Assembly: GCF_963921235.1 (NCBI RefSeq)
Contig: NC_086097.1
Location: 176,764,001-176,828,000, forward strand
Direction of reading: 5' to 3'
Source: Mobula hypostoma
Taxonomy: Eukaryota
Length of the DNA: 64,000 bases
Part shown: positions 1-12,349 of the stretch, piece after piece
How the letters are laid out: every line of letters begins with the position of its first letter
Position numbering within the stretch: position 1 is the stretch's first letter
Notes under the pieces: model-generated
Databases searched by the model: none
Told to the model about the DNA's origin: nothing
What the model saw: only the letters and a program-made list of their open reading frames with translations
Made by a program: the position numbers and the translations under genes

Positions 1-99
1 GAAATTGGCAAGAAAGATTCTCTTTGCATTTGGTAGCATGAAGATAGATAGTGGGAGAAAACAAAAGTGAGTGCCAAATGAGGAGCTGAAGAAGATTGA

Positions 100-570
100 A
101 TAACTCACCTCCTCGCTCCCCAAAGCCTGCAGAATACTTACTATTCACTATTCACTATTTGTATGTGTTGCACTATTTGCAAAGCCCAAGTCAGGAGTGT
201 GATGGAAAACTCTTCACTTGTCCCAATGAGTGCACCTTCAACAACCCTCAAGACGCTTGACTGCCCAGGACCTACCATCCAGCCTGTTCGATAGGTATCC
301 CATTCACTCACTCCACCACCAACAAACAGTAGCAGTGCTTGTACCATCTACAGGAGATACTGTGGCAGCTCACCAAGACTCTTTAGGCAGCACTTTCCAA
401 AACCACCTCCTCTAACAACTGGAAGAACAAGGATAGCAAAAGCACAATGACCATTACCCCCTGGATTTTGACGTCCAAGCCACACACCATCCTCTCTTGG
501 AAATACTGTATATTGCCCTTCCTGCACCATCACTGGGTCAGAATCCTGGAATGCCCTCCTTAATTGCATT
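100..570 (+). mobile_element. Old CR1-clade LINE, 3' RT/C-terminal remnant
   Basis: Degenerate 'aaagcccaagtcaggagtgtgatggaa' (K-A-Q-V-R-S-V-M-E) and 'tcctggaatgccctcc' (W-N-A-L). A similar remnant lies at 54440-54665. Confidence 0.55.
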
Positions 571-844
571 GTGATATTGGTTTATTATTGCCAAGTGTAC
601 CAAGGTATACTGAAAAGGTGTGTTTGTGTGCCATCCAGAAAGATCTTGCCATACATAATTAGATCAAATTAGTAAAGAGAAAATAGAATGCAGAATATAG
701 TGTTGCAGTTACAGAGAAAGGGTGGTGCAGATAGACGAATAAACTGCAAGGGCCGTGATACAGTAGATTAGGAGATCAAGAGTTCATCTTTTAGCATACG
801 AGAGGCTCATTCAAGATAGAACCTGTCCTTGAAATTGATGGTCT

Positions 845-1618
845 GATTTCTTGGTGTTATTATTTCAGGGGACCTGTCACGGGCCCAGAAGGTAAATGCA
901 ATTATGGAGAAAGCATGGCTGTGCCACTACTTCCTTAGGAGTTTGTGGAGATTTGGTACGCCATCTAAACTTTGACAAACTTCTATAGATGTGCAGTGGA
1001 GAGTATATTGATTGGGTGCATCATAGCCTGGTATGGAAACACTAATGCCCTTGAATGGAAAAATTCCTAAGATATAGTCCAGCCCATTACAGATAAATCC
1101 CTCCCAAACATTGAGCTTGAAACACGAATGTAGGAAGTAACATTCATCATCAGGAAACCCCACCACCCAGGACATGCTCTCTTCTCGCTGCTGACATCAG
1201 GAAGAAGATACAGGAGCCTCAGGACTCACACTACCAGGTTTAGGAACAATTACTACCCCTCAACCATCAGGCTCTTGAACCAAAGGGGATAACTTCACTC
1301 AAATTCACTTGCCCATCAATGAAATATTCCCACAACCAATGGACTCACCTTCAATGACTCTTCATTTCATTTTCTTGATATTTATTGCCTATTTATTTAT
1401 TATTTTTATTATTATTTCTTTCATTTTCTATTTGAAAAGTTTGTTGTCTTCTGCAGTCTGTTTGAATGCCCAAGTTGAGTGGTCTTTAACTGATTCTGTT
1501 ATGGTTATGATCCTATAGGTTTATTGAGTATGCCCACAAGAAAATACATCCCAGGGTTATATATGGTGACATATATGCACTTTGATAATAAATTTACTTT
1601 GAACTTTCAACTTTGAAC
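845..1618 (+). mobile_element. Rex1/Babar LINE 3' fragment, inserted into an opposite-strand Rex fragment (574-845 and 1630-1805)
   Basis: Degenerate FYRCAVESILIGCIIAWYGN, HPGHALFSLL and SGRRYRSL motifs. Ends in AATAAA plus an (actttga)n-like tail. Confidence 0.75.
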
Positions 1619-1819
1619 ATTCTCTCAGGCTTTTTTTACTTTATGACCATTGGGAGAGGGGAGGAGAGAGAATGATTGGGGTGGGAGAGGCCTTTGATTT
1701 TGTTGCCTACTTTCCTGAGGCAGCAGAAAGTGTTGACAGAGTCCACAGAGGGGAGGTTGGTGCTTGTGATGGAATGGGCTGTGTTCACAACTGATTCTGA
1801 TTCTAAAAAAATGCTCTTC

Positions 1820-3430
1820 TTTTCTGAGTCTGTGTCCTCTGATCCTGGACTCTTCTAATATTGGGAACATCCTCTCCACGACCACTCTATCTGGGCCTTT
1901 CAATATTTGGTAGGTTTCACTGAGATTCCCCCATCATTCTTCTAAACACCAGTGAGTACAGGGCTCAGAGCCGTTAACATTCTTCATGCGTTAACCCTTT
2001 CGTTCTCAGGATTATTTTCATAAACCTCCTCTGGACCATTTCCAATGCCAGTACATCCTTTCTTAGGTATGGGGCCCACAACTGCTCACAGTCCTCCAAA
2101 GGTGGTCTGACAATGTCTTATAATGCCTCAGCATTACCTCTAGTTTTCACATTTTATTGCTCTTGAAATGAATCCTAACATTTCATTTGCCTTCCTTCCA
2201 ATGACTCATAAGACCATAAGATATAGGAGCAGAATTAGGTTATTTGGTCCATTGAGTCTGCTCCGCCATTTCATCATGGCTGATTCAATTTTCCTCTCAG
2301 CCCTAATCTCTGTCTTCTCCCCGTATCACTCCATGTCCTGAATAATCATGAATCCATCAGCCTCTGCCTTAAATATACATAAAGACTTGACCTTCACAGC
2401 CACCTGTGGCAAAGAATTCCACAGATTCACCACTCTATGGCTAAAGAAATTCCTTCTAATCTCTGTTCTAAAAGGACACCCCTCTATTCAGAGGCTGTGT
2501 CCTCTGGTGTTAGACGCCCCCACTATAGGAAACATCCTCTCCACATCCATTCTGTCAAGGCCTTTCAACATTTGATAGATTTTGATGAGGTCATCCTTCA
2601 TTCTTCTGAATTCCAGTAAGTAGAAGCCCAGAGTCATATGACAAGCCTTTCAATCCAGGAATCATTTTTGAACCTCTTTTGAACCCTCTCCAATATCACC
2701 ACATCCTTTCTTACGTAAGGACCCAAAATTGCTCACAATACTCCGAGTGACACCTCACCAGTGTTTTATAAAGCCTCAGAATTACATCCTTGCTTCTATA
2801 TTCTAGTCCTCTTGAAATGAATGCTAACATTGCATTTGCCTTCCTCACCACCGACTCAACAAGCAAATTAACCCTTAGGGAATCCTGCACACAGACTCCC
2901 AAGTCCCCTTGTACATCAGATTTTTGAATTCCCTCTGCATTTGGAAGATGGTCTACACTTTTATTTCTTCTACCAAAGTGCATGACCATACACTTCCTGA
3001 CAGTGTATTCCACCTGTCACTTCTTTGCCCATTCTCCTAATTTGTCGAAGTCCTTCTGTAGCTTCTCTACTTCCTCAAAACTGCCTACATCTCCACTATC
3101 TTCGTATCTTCCGCAAACTTTGCCACAAAGTTATTAATTCCCTCATCCACGTTATTGACATTTACCATAAAAAGAAGTAGTCCAAACACAGACCTCTGTT
3201 GAACAACACTAGTCACCAGCAGCCAACCAGAAAAGGCTTCCTTTATTCCCAGTCTTTGCCTCCTGCCAATCGGCCACTGCTTTATCCATGCTAGTGTCTT
3301 TCTTGTAATACAGCAGGGTCTTAACTTGTTAAGCAGCCTCATGTGTGACACCTTGTCAAATGAAAATCCAAGTACACAAAAATTCTCCTTTGTCTATCCT
3401 GTTTGTCATTTCTTCAAAGAATTCCAAGAG
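1820..3430 (-). mobile_element. Two adjacent 5'-truncated CR1 LINE copies
   Basis: ORFs 3085-3351 (KFAEDTK, WIKQW) and 2711-3013 (KANAMLAFISRGLEY...LYKTLVR...EYC). CR1-type tail 'cataagaccataagatatagg' at 2207. Confidence 0.85.
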
Positions 3431-4014
3431 ATTTGAAAGAATTGTGGGGTAGACTCGATGGACCTCGAGGACTTTCCAGGACATCATTTTGACATGTGCT
3501 CTTTGGAAGCTTACTGCTGCCAAAGTTTATCCTGTGCTGTATTTCATTGCCACTCTTAGTGAAAGCTCCCTGAAACAGGAGTTAGAGATGTTTAGTTAAC
3601 AAGATGAAGTTGTACCCCACAAATCTATTAGCAAGATGTTAGCTCAGATGAATGATGCATTCATATGAATGAAGAATAATTAAACATTAAAATAAACACG
3701 ATATTCAATTATCATTTTACGTTGTTTAAGAGGGACCGTATTGGCTATGGCAATTAGCCTTCTACCAACTAAAATCAAAGCCCTCACAGCCCGTTATCTG
3801 CTGCAGTTAATTACTTTTATTGAGGTTCACAGATACAAACTAACCAGATCAGGTTTCATGAGAGGGATCTGATATTAAATCATTAGCTATTGTAAAATGT
3901 AGTGACATGTTATATAATTGCACAGTCACTTATCAGCATTCAGAAAACAAGCCAGCATTAGGCACGCACATATAACTTAGATAATAAGACCTTGCTTGGC
4001 TTGTCTGTATGTGG

Positions 4015-4495
4015 CTGGGCTGGCTAATATTCAAGATCCTGTCTGGATTAGAGGGTATGAGCTATAAGGAGAGGCTGAACAATCAGGTTGCTTTCTCTGG
4101 AGCGACAGAGGCTGAGAGGAGACCTAATAGACGTCCATAAAGTAATGAGAGGCAGAGACAGACAGCAATTATCTTTTTCCCGGGGCTGAAATCTCTAATA
4201 CTAGAGGGCACGCATTTAAGATGAGGGGGAAGTTTAAAGGAGATATATGAGGCAAGTTTCTTTTCAGAGAGAGGTGGGTGCCTGGAATGTGCAGCAGGGG
4301 TGGTGAAGGCAGATGCAATAGAAGTGTTTAAGAGACTCTTAAAATGGCACATGAATATGCAGAGAATGGAGGCATGTGGACCATATGCATGCTGAAGGAG
4401 ATTATTTCAATTAGGCATCATTTGTAGTTCAGCACAATATTATGGGCTGAAGGGCCTGTTTCTGTGCCATATTGTTCGATGTTCTATGTTCTAAC
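4015..4495 (+). mobile_element. CR1 3' end
   Basis: Degenerate RLRGDLI and TRGHAFK motifs, then a 'gggctgaagggcctgtttctgtg...ttctatgttcta' tail. Confidence 0.8.
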
Positions 4496-4679
4496 TGACA
4501 TTAAAGCTTAGGTCTGAACATTATTCTGGCTGAAAGGTTCAATTGGTTACTTGATTAATTGACTTGTTATGGTCACATGTACCGAGATACAGTGAAGAAC
4601 TTTGCTTTGCATGCCATCCATACAAGTCTTTTCATTACATCAGTATATCAATGTAGTTCAAGGGATTCTGATTCAGTGA

Positions 4680-6034
4680 AAGGTAAGCCAGCACCCTGCC
4701 ACCTCGCAGATCACACAACTGTGAGATCAACATCCTCCCGGGCACCACCCCTTTCAGATGTCATCTGATCTCCCTCTTCCTCCTGAAACGCAAGCCTTGA
4801 TTGCCGAAGCACTACTGCACAGCTTCATTTGGCTACCCCAGTGCCCAGCCAGTGCTGAATTCCTCTTTATCAAAAAGAATGATGGGGTCTCCATCCCTGC
4901 ATTGACTAACATGGACTTAGGAAAATCACCATCTCCACAACCCTCTTCCCTTGATGTATAACGGATTCAAAACACTCAGGAGGGCCCAGATCTTCACCAA
5001 ACTGGATCTGCGACGCGCATACAACCTGATCCACATCTACCAGGTTATGTGAAAGATGGTATTCGTAAGACCCACTGGCTATTACGGATACTCGGTGATG
5101 TCTTTTGGACTTCCCAACAGTACAGCCATTTTCCAAGCCTTCGTTAATGAGATACCCTGAGACACGTTGCACAGATATGTGTTCATTTGCCTCAACAACA
5201 TCATTATCTTCTCGAAGGACTACCATGTCTGTCACATCCATGGGCATGTCACCTACAAGTATTTCAACTCATCTCCTGCAGCCTATTGAACCAACACTGA
5301 AGTGCTTCTTGGCTACCAATCCTCGTTATTCCCAACAAAGCAGCCAACGGTAGAGGTCCCATCTGCCAGGGCCCGGTCCCCCTATGCCAGAATGCTTGGA
5401 AGAGGGCATGGAGGGCTATTCTTGCTGCCAACCGTGCCTACTGCCACCAGGCTAACTGCCGTCAGTGTCCAGCCAGTCTACCCCAGCATCAGAAGATCAT
5501 CTGGCTGTCCACCCTGAGCACCAACTCCCACAAGCTCTTGTCCCATTTCATTGGTCTTGCTAAGATTACCCAACACATCAACCCAGTCACTTACCATCTC
5601 CAACAGTACCTGGACAACTAGAAAGGGTATGGTCCAGAGAAGAGGTCTTGGGTGCCAGTTTCAGCTTCAATCCATCGCTCATCAAGGAGCTCCAGTGGAG
5701 CATCCAGATCACCCTGGGCTGTCAGCCGTAGGACGTGCAGGGTCCTATCAGGCTCCCAGTCTCCACCCAGCTAACGGGAGTCACCTGCTAATTGCTTTCA
5801 ACTCTTCGCCTGCAGACTATCTAAACCCCGCTCACATCCACAGTCATTGTTCATATTGAACCAGTTTCTCCTAGCCCTCAGTTAACTTGTTGCCTTGTCA
5901 TGTTAAGTATCCGTTCTCTCTTGCTTCATGGTCCCTCGTGGCTTGTTATTTTGCAGTTTATTAAAGTGATCATTCACTGCTAAACTGTCACTGCTGCTCT
6001 GTGTTGTGTCAAGCCTCCTCTACAATTCATGACA
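4680..6034 (+). mobile_element. Degenerate chromodomain-containing Gypsy LTR retrotransposon (sushi/Tf2-like) with 3' LTR (about 5746-6034)
   Basis: RT remnant [16 protein letters not shown] (about 4990-5037). Chromodomain remnant QYL..*KGYGPEKRSWVP (5604-5658). LTR-like segment with ATTAAA, ending ...catgaca. Confidence 0.8.
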
Positions 6035-6150
6035 TAAGGAGAGGCTGGACAGGCTGGGACTATTTTCCATGGAAGCTGAAGGATGACTTTATAGAGAGTG
6101 ATAAAGTTACAAGGACTTAAGTTGTGAAGATTTTCAGTCTTTCTCAGGGT

Positions 6151-6740
6151 GAGGGTCTCTGTTGGTCAGAGCTGACCACGGATATTGCATCCTAGCCTTC
6201 TAGCTACGCAAGCCTGGGCAGTACATTATGGAGAGCAAGCTGTTGCCCATGTAGCAAGATCCCTCTCTCCATGCATCTGATGAACCCAAAGGAACAGTAG
6301 AGACCGATACAGTTTGGTACCAGCAGTGTTGCAGGAGTTGCCAGTCAGCATTGAATTCAATCTAGGACTTCCTTAGGGACTACAGCTCCAGACACTTCCC
6401 TTTGGGTTTACTCCTGAAGCCTTCCCCACAAGAGAGTATAACAACAAGGCAGCAGAGGTCTGAGATCAGAGTTTTCCTTCTCCGAGGTGAGCTGCCAACC
6501 ATGGTTGACAAACCCCATCTGCCCGAAGCAACTTGTTTTAAGGTACCAGTAACCCACTTTTGCCCCTTCTTCTGTCGGTAGGAACATTGCTGCAGGCTTA
6601 GTAGCTAAGCCACACATGAAGGCCAGGAGCTGGACTTGGTTGTCAGAGGTTATTTGAGGTGCGTGTCATTGGGAGCATTTAATAGGTAGTGGGAACTTGT
6701 CCCCATTACCATCCCCGGCTATAACAGACTTAAGGAACCC
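6151..6740 (-). mobile_element. Non-autonomous RTE-like element inserted in a CR1 3' fragment (6035-7040)
   Basis: Flanked by ttctcagggt/ttctcagtgt (10-bp TSD, 1 mismatch). Carries the RTE 5'UTR-like motif 'ggagaaggaaaactctgatctca'. A second copy lies at 39837-40401. Confidence 0.7.
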
Positions 6741-8029
6741 TTCTCAGTGTAGGGTAATCTAAAACTAGAGGGCATAGGATAAAAGCGAGAGGGGAAAGAT
6801 TTGGAAGAAACCTTAGGGGATTTTCTTTCACACAGAGAGTGGTGAGTAGATGGAACAAACTGTCAGGGAAAATGGTTGAGGCAGGTACAATGGCCATGTT
6901 TTTTAGACATTTGGGCAGGTATCTGGACAGGAAAGGTTCAAAGAGATATGGGCCAAACAAAGATAAATAGGAATTTCTCCGAGAGACTCATTGTTCAGCA
7001 TGGACAAAGAGCCTGCTTCTGCGCTGTATAACTCTATGACACAATGGTTCTAGAAGCAAGATTCTAAACCTTATAGATGGGCGAAGATGTCTTTCTTCTG
7101 TGTGTGCCTCAATTTCTTTGAACTAGTTTTTTCTCTTCAGTCCTGCCTCTTCAGCCTTCCAAACTCATTGCCTTTCCTCAAAACCTCTCTCTCTGGAGCA
7201 ACTCCTTATTTGTAAAAGCAGAGTCACACAGCACAGAAACACGACCTTTGGTCCAAATGGTGCATGCTGACCAATATGCACTTCCAAGCTAGTTCTAGTT
7301 GTCTGAATTTGGCCCATATCCTTCTCAATCTTTTTAAATTCATGTAGCTGTTCAACGCTCTTTTAAAAGCTGCTATTGTACTTGCCTCAACTACTTTCTC
7401 TGGTAGGTTGTTCCACATTCATACCACCCTTTGTGTATAACAAAGTATCTCAAGTTCCTATTACATCTCCACTATCACCTCCCAGCTTTATACTCCAGTA
7501 TAAAATCCAGTATGCCAAAATCATTGTTGTCCAAGATTCCACTTTCACAGAGCCATGAATTGTAGTCCAACTACATCTTCCATCCACTCATCGTGTACGT
7601 ACATCCTTCGATGCTTGGCACTTTGTGTAACTGAATCCTTTGCGCCCTCTTCCAACTATCCAGCCACAATATGTTTGTCCATATGCTTCAACCAGTTTGA
7701 GGCTTGTGAAAGAGACATGGAATATTTGGCAGGGATAGATTTCCTAATCAATCCCTCAGAATTAACAATAATAGATCCGCCTATCCATGCATTTTAATAC
7801 AAAACAAACTGAAGAAAGCTGCCAATTTTATTGTTTGGCAGTGCTGACTAGATGAGCTGGCTGAGGTTTTCCATATGGGTTCATAGGGTTGTACATCACA
7901 GAAGTAGGCCCTTAACCTATCCCGTATGCAATGAAGAGCACAGTTCACATTTTAATTTTTAAGTCAAAAATTAGATTTTAAAAATTGTCAGCCGTTCTCA
8001 ATAATTGGACTGAGCTATTCAATTATCCT

Positions 8030-8220
8030 GGAGTCACAGGAGATATTGGAATCTGGGGCAACACACAAAATGCTAGGGGAATTCAGCAGATCAAGTGAGG
8101 CTCTTCTTCTGAATTCAGTGATCCTCTGAGAAGAGAGGGTCTCAACCCAAAATGCTGACTGTCCATTTCCCACCATAAATGTTGCCTGATCTGCTGAGTT
8201 CTTCCAGTATTGTGCCTGTT
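8030..8220. repeat. Degenerate palindromic element made of Penelope tail sequence
   Basis: Left arm 'aatgctaggggaattcagcagatcaag' is approximately the reverse complement of right arm 'cctgatctgctgagttcttccagtatt'. Confidence 0.6.
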
Positions 8221-8384
8221 CAATCATATTTCCCTGTTGGAAATTAGACAACTGTAGTTGAGGTAAAATAAATAAGCCAGAACAATTCCTGTAGCACCTT
8301 TGTTATTTATGTAAGATCTTTGCAGCACTCTTAAAGGATTGTCACTGTTAGAATGCAGAAAATACAACAGCCAAACTACATAAT

Positions 8385-9840
8385 TGTGTGTTCCAGACTC
8401 AGCAAGCTATGTTGCAGCTTTATAAATCTCTCGTTAGGCCATATTTGGAGTATCGCTTTCAATTTTCTTTGAGGGTTTAGGGAGGATGCAGAAGAGGTTC
8501 ATCAGGATACTGCCTAGAGATTAAAGGGTGTGTCTTGTCAAGAGATGTTGGACAAACTTGGGCTGTTGCCTCTGAAGTTGCAGAGACTGATGGGAGACCT
8601 GGTAGTAGTTTATAAGACTGTGAGAGGCATAGATAGAGTAGACAGCTGGATTCTTTTTCCCAGGGTCAAAATGACCAGAGGGCATGCATTTAAGGTAAGG
8701 CGGGATAAATTCAAAGAAAATATGTGTAGCAAGTTTTTTTTAACACAGAGAGTAGTGAGTGTTTGGAATGTAAATCCAGAGGGCAGTGGGGGTTTAAAGG
8801 TTCTATGCAGAGAGTGGAGGGACATTGATATTCCGTAGGATGAAGGGACTAGTTTAGTTAGGGGTCTGATTAGCTTGGCACAATACTATGGGCTGAAGGG
8901 TCTAGTCCTGGGCTGTGGTGTACTGTTCTTTGTTCTCTGTTTTATGAGTTAAAGCATTTTTCACAAATATGCATTGGGTCCAAGGATGGAATGCTGGTGA
9001 TGTTTTGGATAGTGTAGAGTGTTACCATAGTTTACAATGGGATGTTGATATAATGCAGAGCTGGCTGAGAAGTAGCAGATGGAATTCAATCTGGAAATAT
9101 GTAGGTGATGCTAAAAGACCGGATTTGAATGCAGAGAACAGAATTAATGACAGGGTTCTTAACAGTGTGGAAGAACAGAGTCGTCTTGATATCAACATCC
9201 ACAGATCCCTCAAGGTTGCTATATAAACTGATAGGGTGGTTAAGAAGGCACATGGTGTGCTGGCATTCATTAGTTGGTGGATTGGGTTCCAGAGCAGCGT
9301 GGCAATGTTGCAGCTCTATAAATCTCTGGTTAGACCGCACCTGGAGTATTGTCCTCAGTTCCAGTTGCCTCATTATAGGAAGAATGTGGAAGTGTCAGAG
9401 AAAGCTAGGAGGAGATTTACTGGGATGCTGCTTGGATTAGAGGACATGTCAATTGAAGAAAAGCTGAGTGAGCTTGGTATTTTCCCTTGGAGTGATGGAG
9501 AATGAAAGGCAACTTGATAGAGGAGCATAAGGTGATAAGAGGCATAGTGGATAGCCAACATCTTTTTTCCCCAGAGCAGTGATGGCTGATACACAAGGAA
9601 ATAATTTAATGGAAAGTAAAGGGGTGCTGAGAGAGGTACAGTAGGGCTTTTAACAGAGGGAGTGGTGGGTGTCTGGAATGTATTGCCAGGGATGGCAATA
9701 GAGGCTGATACAACAGGGATGTTTAAGAACTATGGACTGTGTAGGAGAGGATTATATTGATCATGGAGAGGTTTATATAGGTTGGCACAACATCAAGGTC
9801 CAAAGCATCTACACTGTGCTGAACAATTCTATGTTATATG
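8385..9840 (+). mobile_element. Two tandem 5'-truncated CR1 copies
   Basis: ORFs with LQLYKSLVRPHLEYC, GDLVVVYKTVRGIDRVD and TRGHAFKV. Confidence 0.85.
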
Positions 9841-10695
9841 CGACTTGACATTTTGAGACATGTGCGGGTCACAGAATACCGTGAAGGCGCCCCATACTTA
9901 AAATGCATCTACCTTTGTGCAGAAAGTTTGACTTAAGCATAGTGTCTAAAAAATCTGTTGCCATAGTGATATTGGATTGAAGCTGAAAGAAATATTGAAC
10001 ACTGCAGACGATTGTTCATAATTAGCTCATGGTTGCAATGTGATGGATTGGGGTCCTGATATTGTGCTCAGGATGGGGAATGTGGTAAGGGTGGTGTTAC
10101 TTGGGGAGGGACTCAGTATATCAGGCAGATACTAACCCTTTACAAATCCACACTGTGTAAAAATTGTATGTGACATTTTTAATGTTACTTATCATTATAA
10201 AACATGAACTGTTTGATAAGTACTGTTTACCATCCCCTGATTTACAAAACCATTTGCTTCAAACACTCACAATAGAAAGGGAAGAATTTATAAATTTATA
10301 AATTTAAATGAATTATGTATATATGCAAGTGCACAAACATGTCTTTAAATAAACAGCTAACAACTGGTTTAAGCATTTGAGTTCATATTTTTATTTCAAA
10401 ACATCAACATGTTTTCTTTAGAAATGTGGTGCCAGGAATTAGTATACAGCATACTCAATTTTTAGAAATAAATTTTATTTAAATTGCAAAAGCAAAATCC
10501 TGCAGACACTGGGGATTAAAGACATGAGCATCAATTTCTTTAGCTTCTGGTAACCATTTTCCTCTGTCCCTTTTTTATTCGGATCCCATCGGCCTCCATT
10601 ATCTCTTCTCTTTCCCTCACCCACTCTCTCATCAACCACATATTTTTCCTTCAGGTTTCCCTCTTCATCTCACTCCCAAATATGATTCTACTATT

Positions 10696-10962
10696 TAGAA
10701 ACATAAAAACATCGAAAACCTACAGCACAATACAGGCCTTTCAGCCCATAATGCTGTGCCGAACATGTCCATACTTTAGAAATTGCCTAGGGCTACCCAT
10801 AACCCTCTATTTTTCTAAGCTCCAGGAGTCCCTTAAAGGACCCTATCATATCTGCCTCCAACCCCATCGCTGGCAGCCCATTCCATGCACTCACCACTCT
10901 CTGCGTAAAAAACTTACCCCTGATATCTCCTCTGTACCTACTTCCAATCACCTTAAAACTAT
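10696..10962 (-). mobile_element. Young CR1 3' tail
   Basis: Reverse complement of the CR1 tails at 27740-28012 and 43720-43988. Confidence 0.8.
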
Positions 10963-11320
10963 TGTAAGGGGGTTTCGTCTTTTATGTTACTGGGTAGGCT
11001 GATTAAAAAGGCTTCTTTGTTATGCTAAACGCTGAGAAAGTCCTTCCCAATAGCAGTTTGTTTTGTATTATCAATTGATATGAGGATGAATGAACCAATT
11101 GGGATAGTTGTTATGTTTTTGGAGTATTTGAAGATACTGTATGCGCGGGGTTTTGGGGCAGAAGGCGGGAGAGAGAGACAGAGAATGGACCAGGTGCTGT
11201 GAGTCCGCTAACGGGGTCGAACCCCGAGCGGGGCGTTCAGCGAGGAGGGAAGACGGAGTGTGGAGCATCTGGTCAACCACCGTTGTTGGTCCCAGGCGGC
11301 CGGTCGAGGTGGTCCGAGGG
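10963..11320 (+). mobile_element. Probable truncated LTR fragment
   Basis: Starts 'tgtaagggg' exactly where the CR1 tail breaks off. CpG-rich, and cut by the Penelope insertion. No closing CA end was found. Confidence 0.45.
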
Positions 11321-11365
11321 CTCCCTCCCATCCCCCCCATGGTGGTCCCCCCCATCCCTCCCCAC

Positions 11366-11795
11366 TGATCTCCCTCCTGGCACTTATCCGTGTAAGCGGA
11401 ACAACTGCTACACGTGCCCTTACACTTCCTCCCTTACCACCATTCAGGGCCCCAAACAGTCCTTCCAGGTGAGGCATCACTTCACCTGTGAGTCGACTGG
11501 GGTGATATACTGCGTCCGGTGCTCCCGATGTGGCCTTTTATATATTGGCGAGACCCGACGCAGACTGGGAGACCGCTTTGCTGAACATCTACGCTCTGTC
11601 CGCCAGAGAAAGCAGGATCTCCCAGTGGCCACACATTTTAATTCCACATCCCATTCCCATTCTGACATGTCTATCCACGGCCTCCTCTACTGTAAAGATG
11701 AAGCCACACTCAGGTTGGAGGAACAACACCTTATATTCCGTCTGGGTAGCCTCCAACCTGATGGCATGAACATCGACTTCTCTAACTTCCGCTAA
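11366..11795 (+). CDS. Penelope GIY-YIG endonuclease domain (open frame; start and RT domain missing)
   Basis: VIY...YIG motif with CCHH zinc ligands. The N-terminal part of the listed ORF is read-through from the flanking LTR fragment. Confidence 0.8.
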
Positions 11796-12090
11796 GGCCC
11801 CACCTCCCCCTCGTACCCCATCTGTTACTCATTTTTATGCACACATTCTTTCTCTTACTCTCCTTTTTCTCCCTCTGTCCCTCTGAATATACCTCTTGCC
11901 CATCCTCTGGGTCACCCCCCCCCTTGTCTTTCTTCCCGGACCTCCTGTCCCATGATCCTCTCGTATCCCCTTCTGCCTATCAACTGTCCAGCTCTCGGCT
12001 CTATCCCTCCCCCTCCTGTCTTCTCCTATCATTTTGCATCTCCCCCTCCCCCTCCAGCTTTCAAATCACTTACTCACTCTTCCTTCAGTT

Positions 12091-12126
12091 AGTCCTGATG
12101 AAGGGTCTCGGCCTGAAACGTCGACT
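12091..12126 (+). ncRNA. Minimal type-I hammerhead ribozyme motif
   Basis: AGUC-CUGAUGA-AGG(gucucgg)CCU-GAAA-C-GUC-GACU. Stems I and II pair, and helix III is reduced to a palindromic ACGU. Confidence 0.8.
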
Positions 12127-12349
12127 GCGCCTCTTCCTATAGATGCTGCTTGGCCTGCTGCGTTCACCAGCAACTTTGATGTATGTTGCTTGAATTTCCA
12201 GCATCTGCAGAATTCCTGTTGTTTGCGTTTAAATATTGATGGGTACTCATTTATATGTGCGGTGTGTCGATAAGCCAGATGCTAAAATTGAAGTGAAAAT
12301 TGAGTCATATATGCAGGTGCAATGAAAAACTTACTTGCAGCAACATGAA

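Larger units (their letters stand above)
11321..12228 (+). mobile_element. 5'-truncated Penelope-like element (Neptune type): GIY-YIG endonuclease plus 3' pseudo-LTR
   Basis: ORF 11199-11795 contains the CKRNNCYTC linker, VIYCVRCSRCGLLYIGETRRRLGDRFAEH, PVATHF and EQHLIFRLGSLQPDGMN. A hammerhead motif lies downstream. Confidence 0.92.

Noticed and set aside
7555..7797. Possible exon on either strand in non-repeat sequence
   Set aside because: Weak splice signals and no recognisable protein.
10285..10308. AT-only palindrome/tandem aatttataaatttataaattt
   Set aside because: Low complexity.
11199..11365. Novel N-terminal domain fused to GIY-YIG
   Set aside because: Chance in-frame read-through from a GC-rich LTR fragment across the insertion junction.
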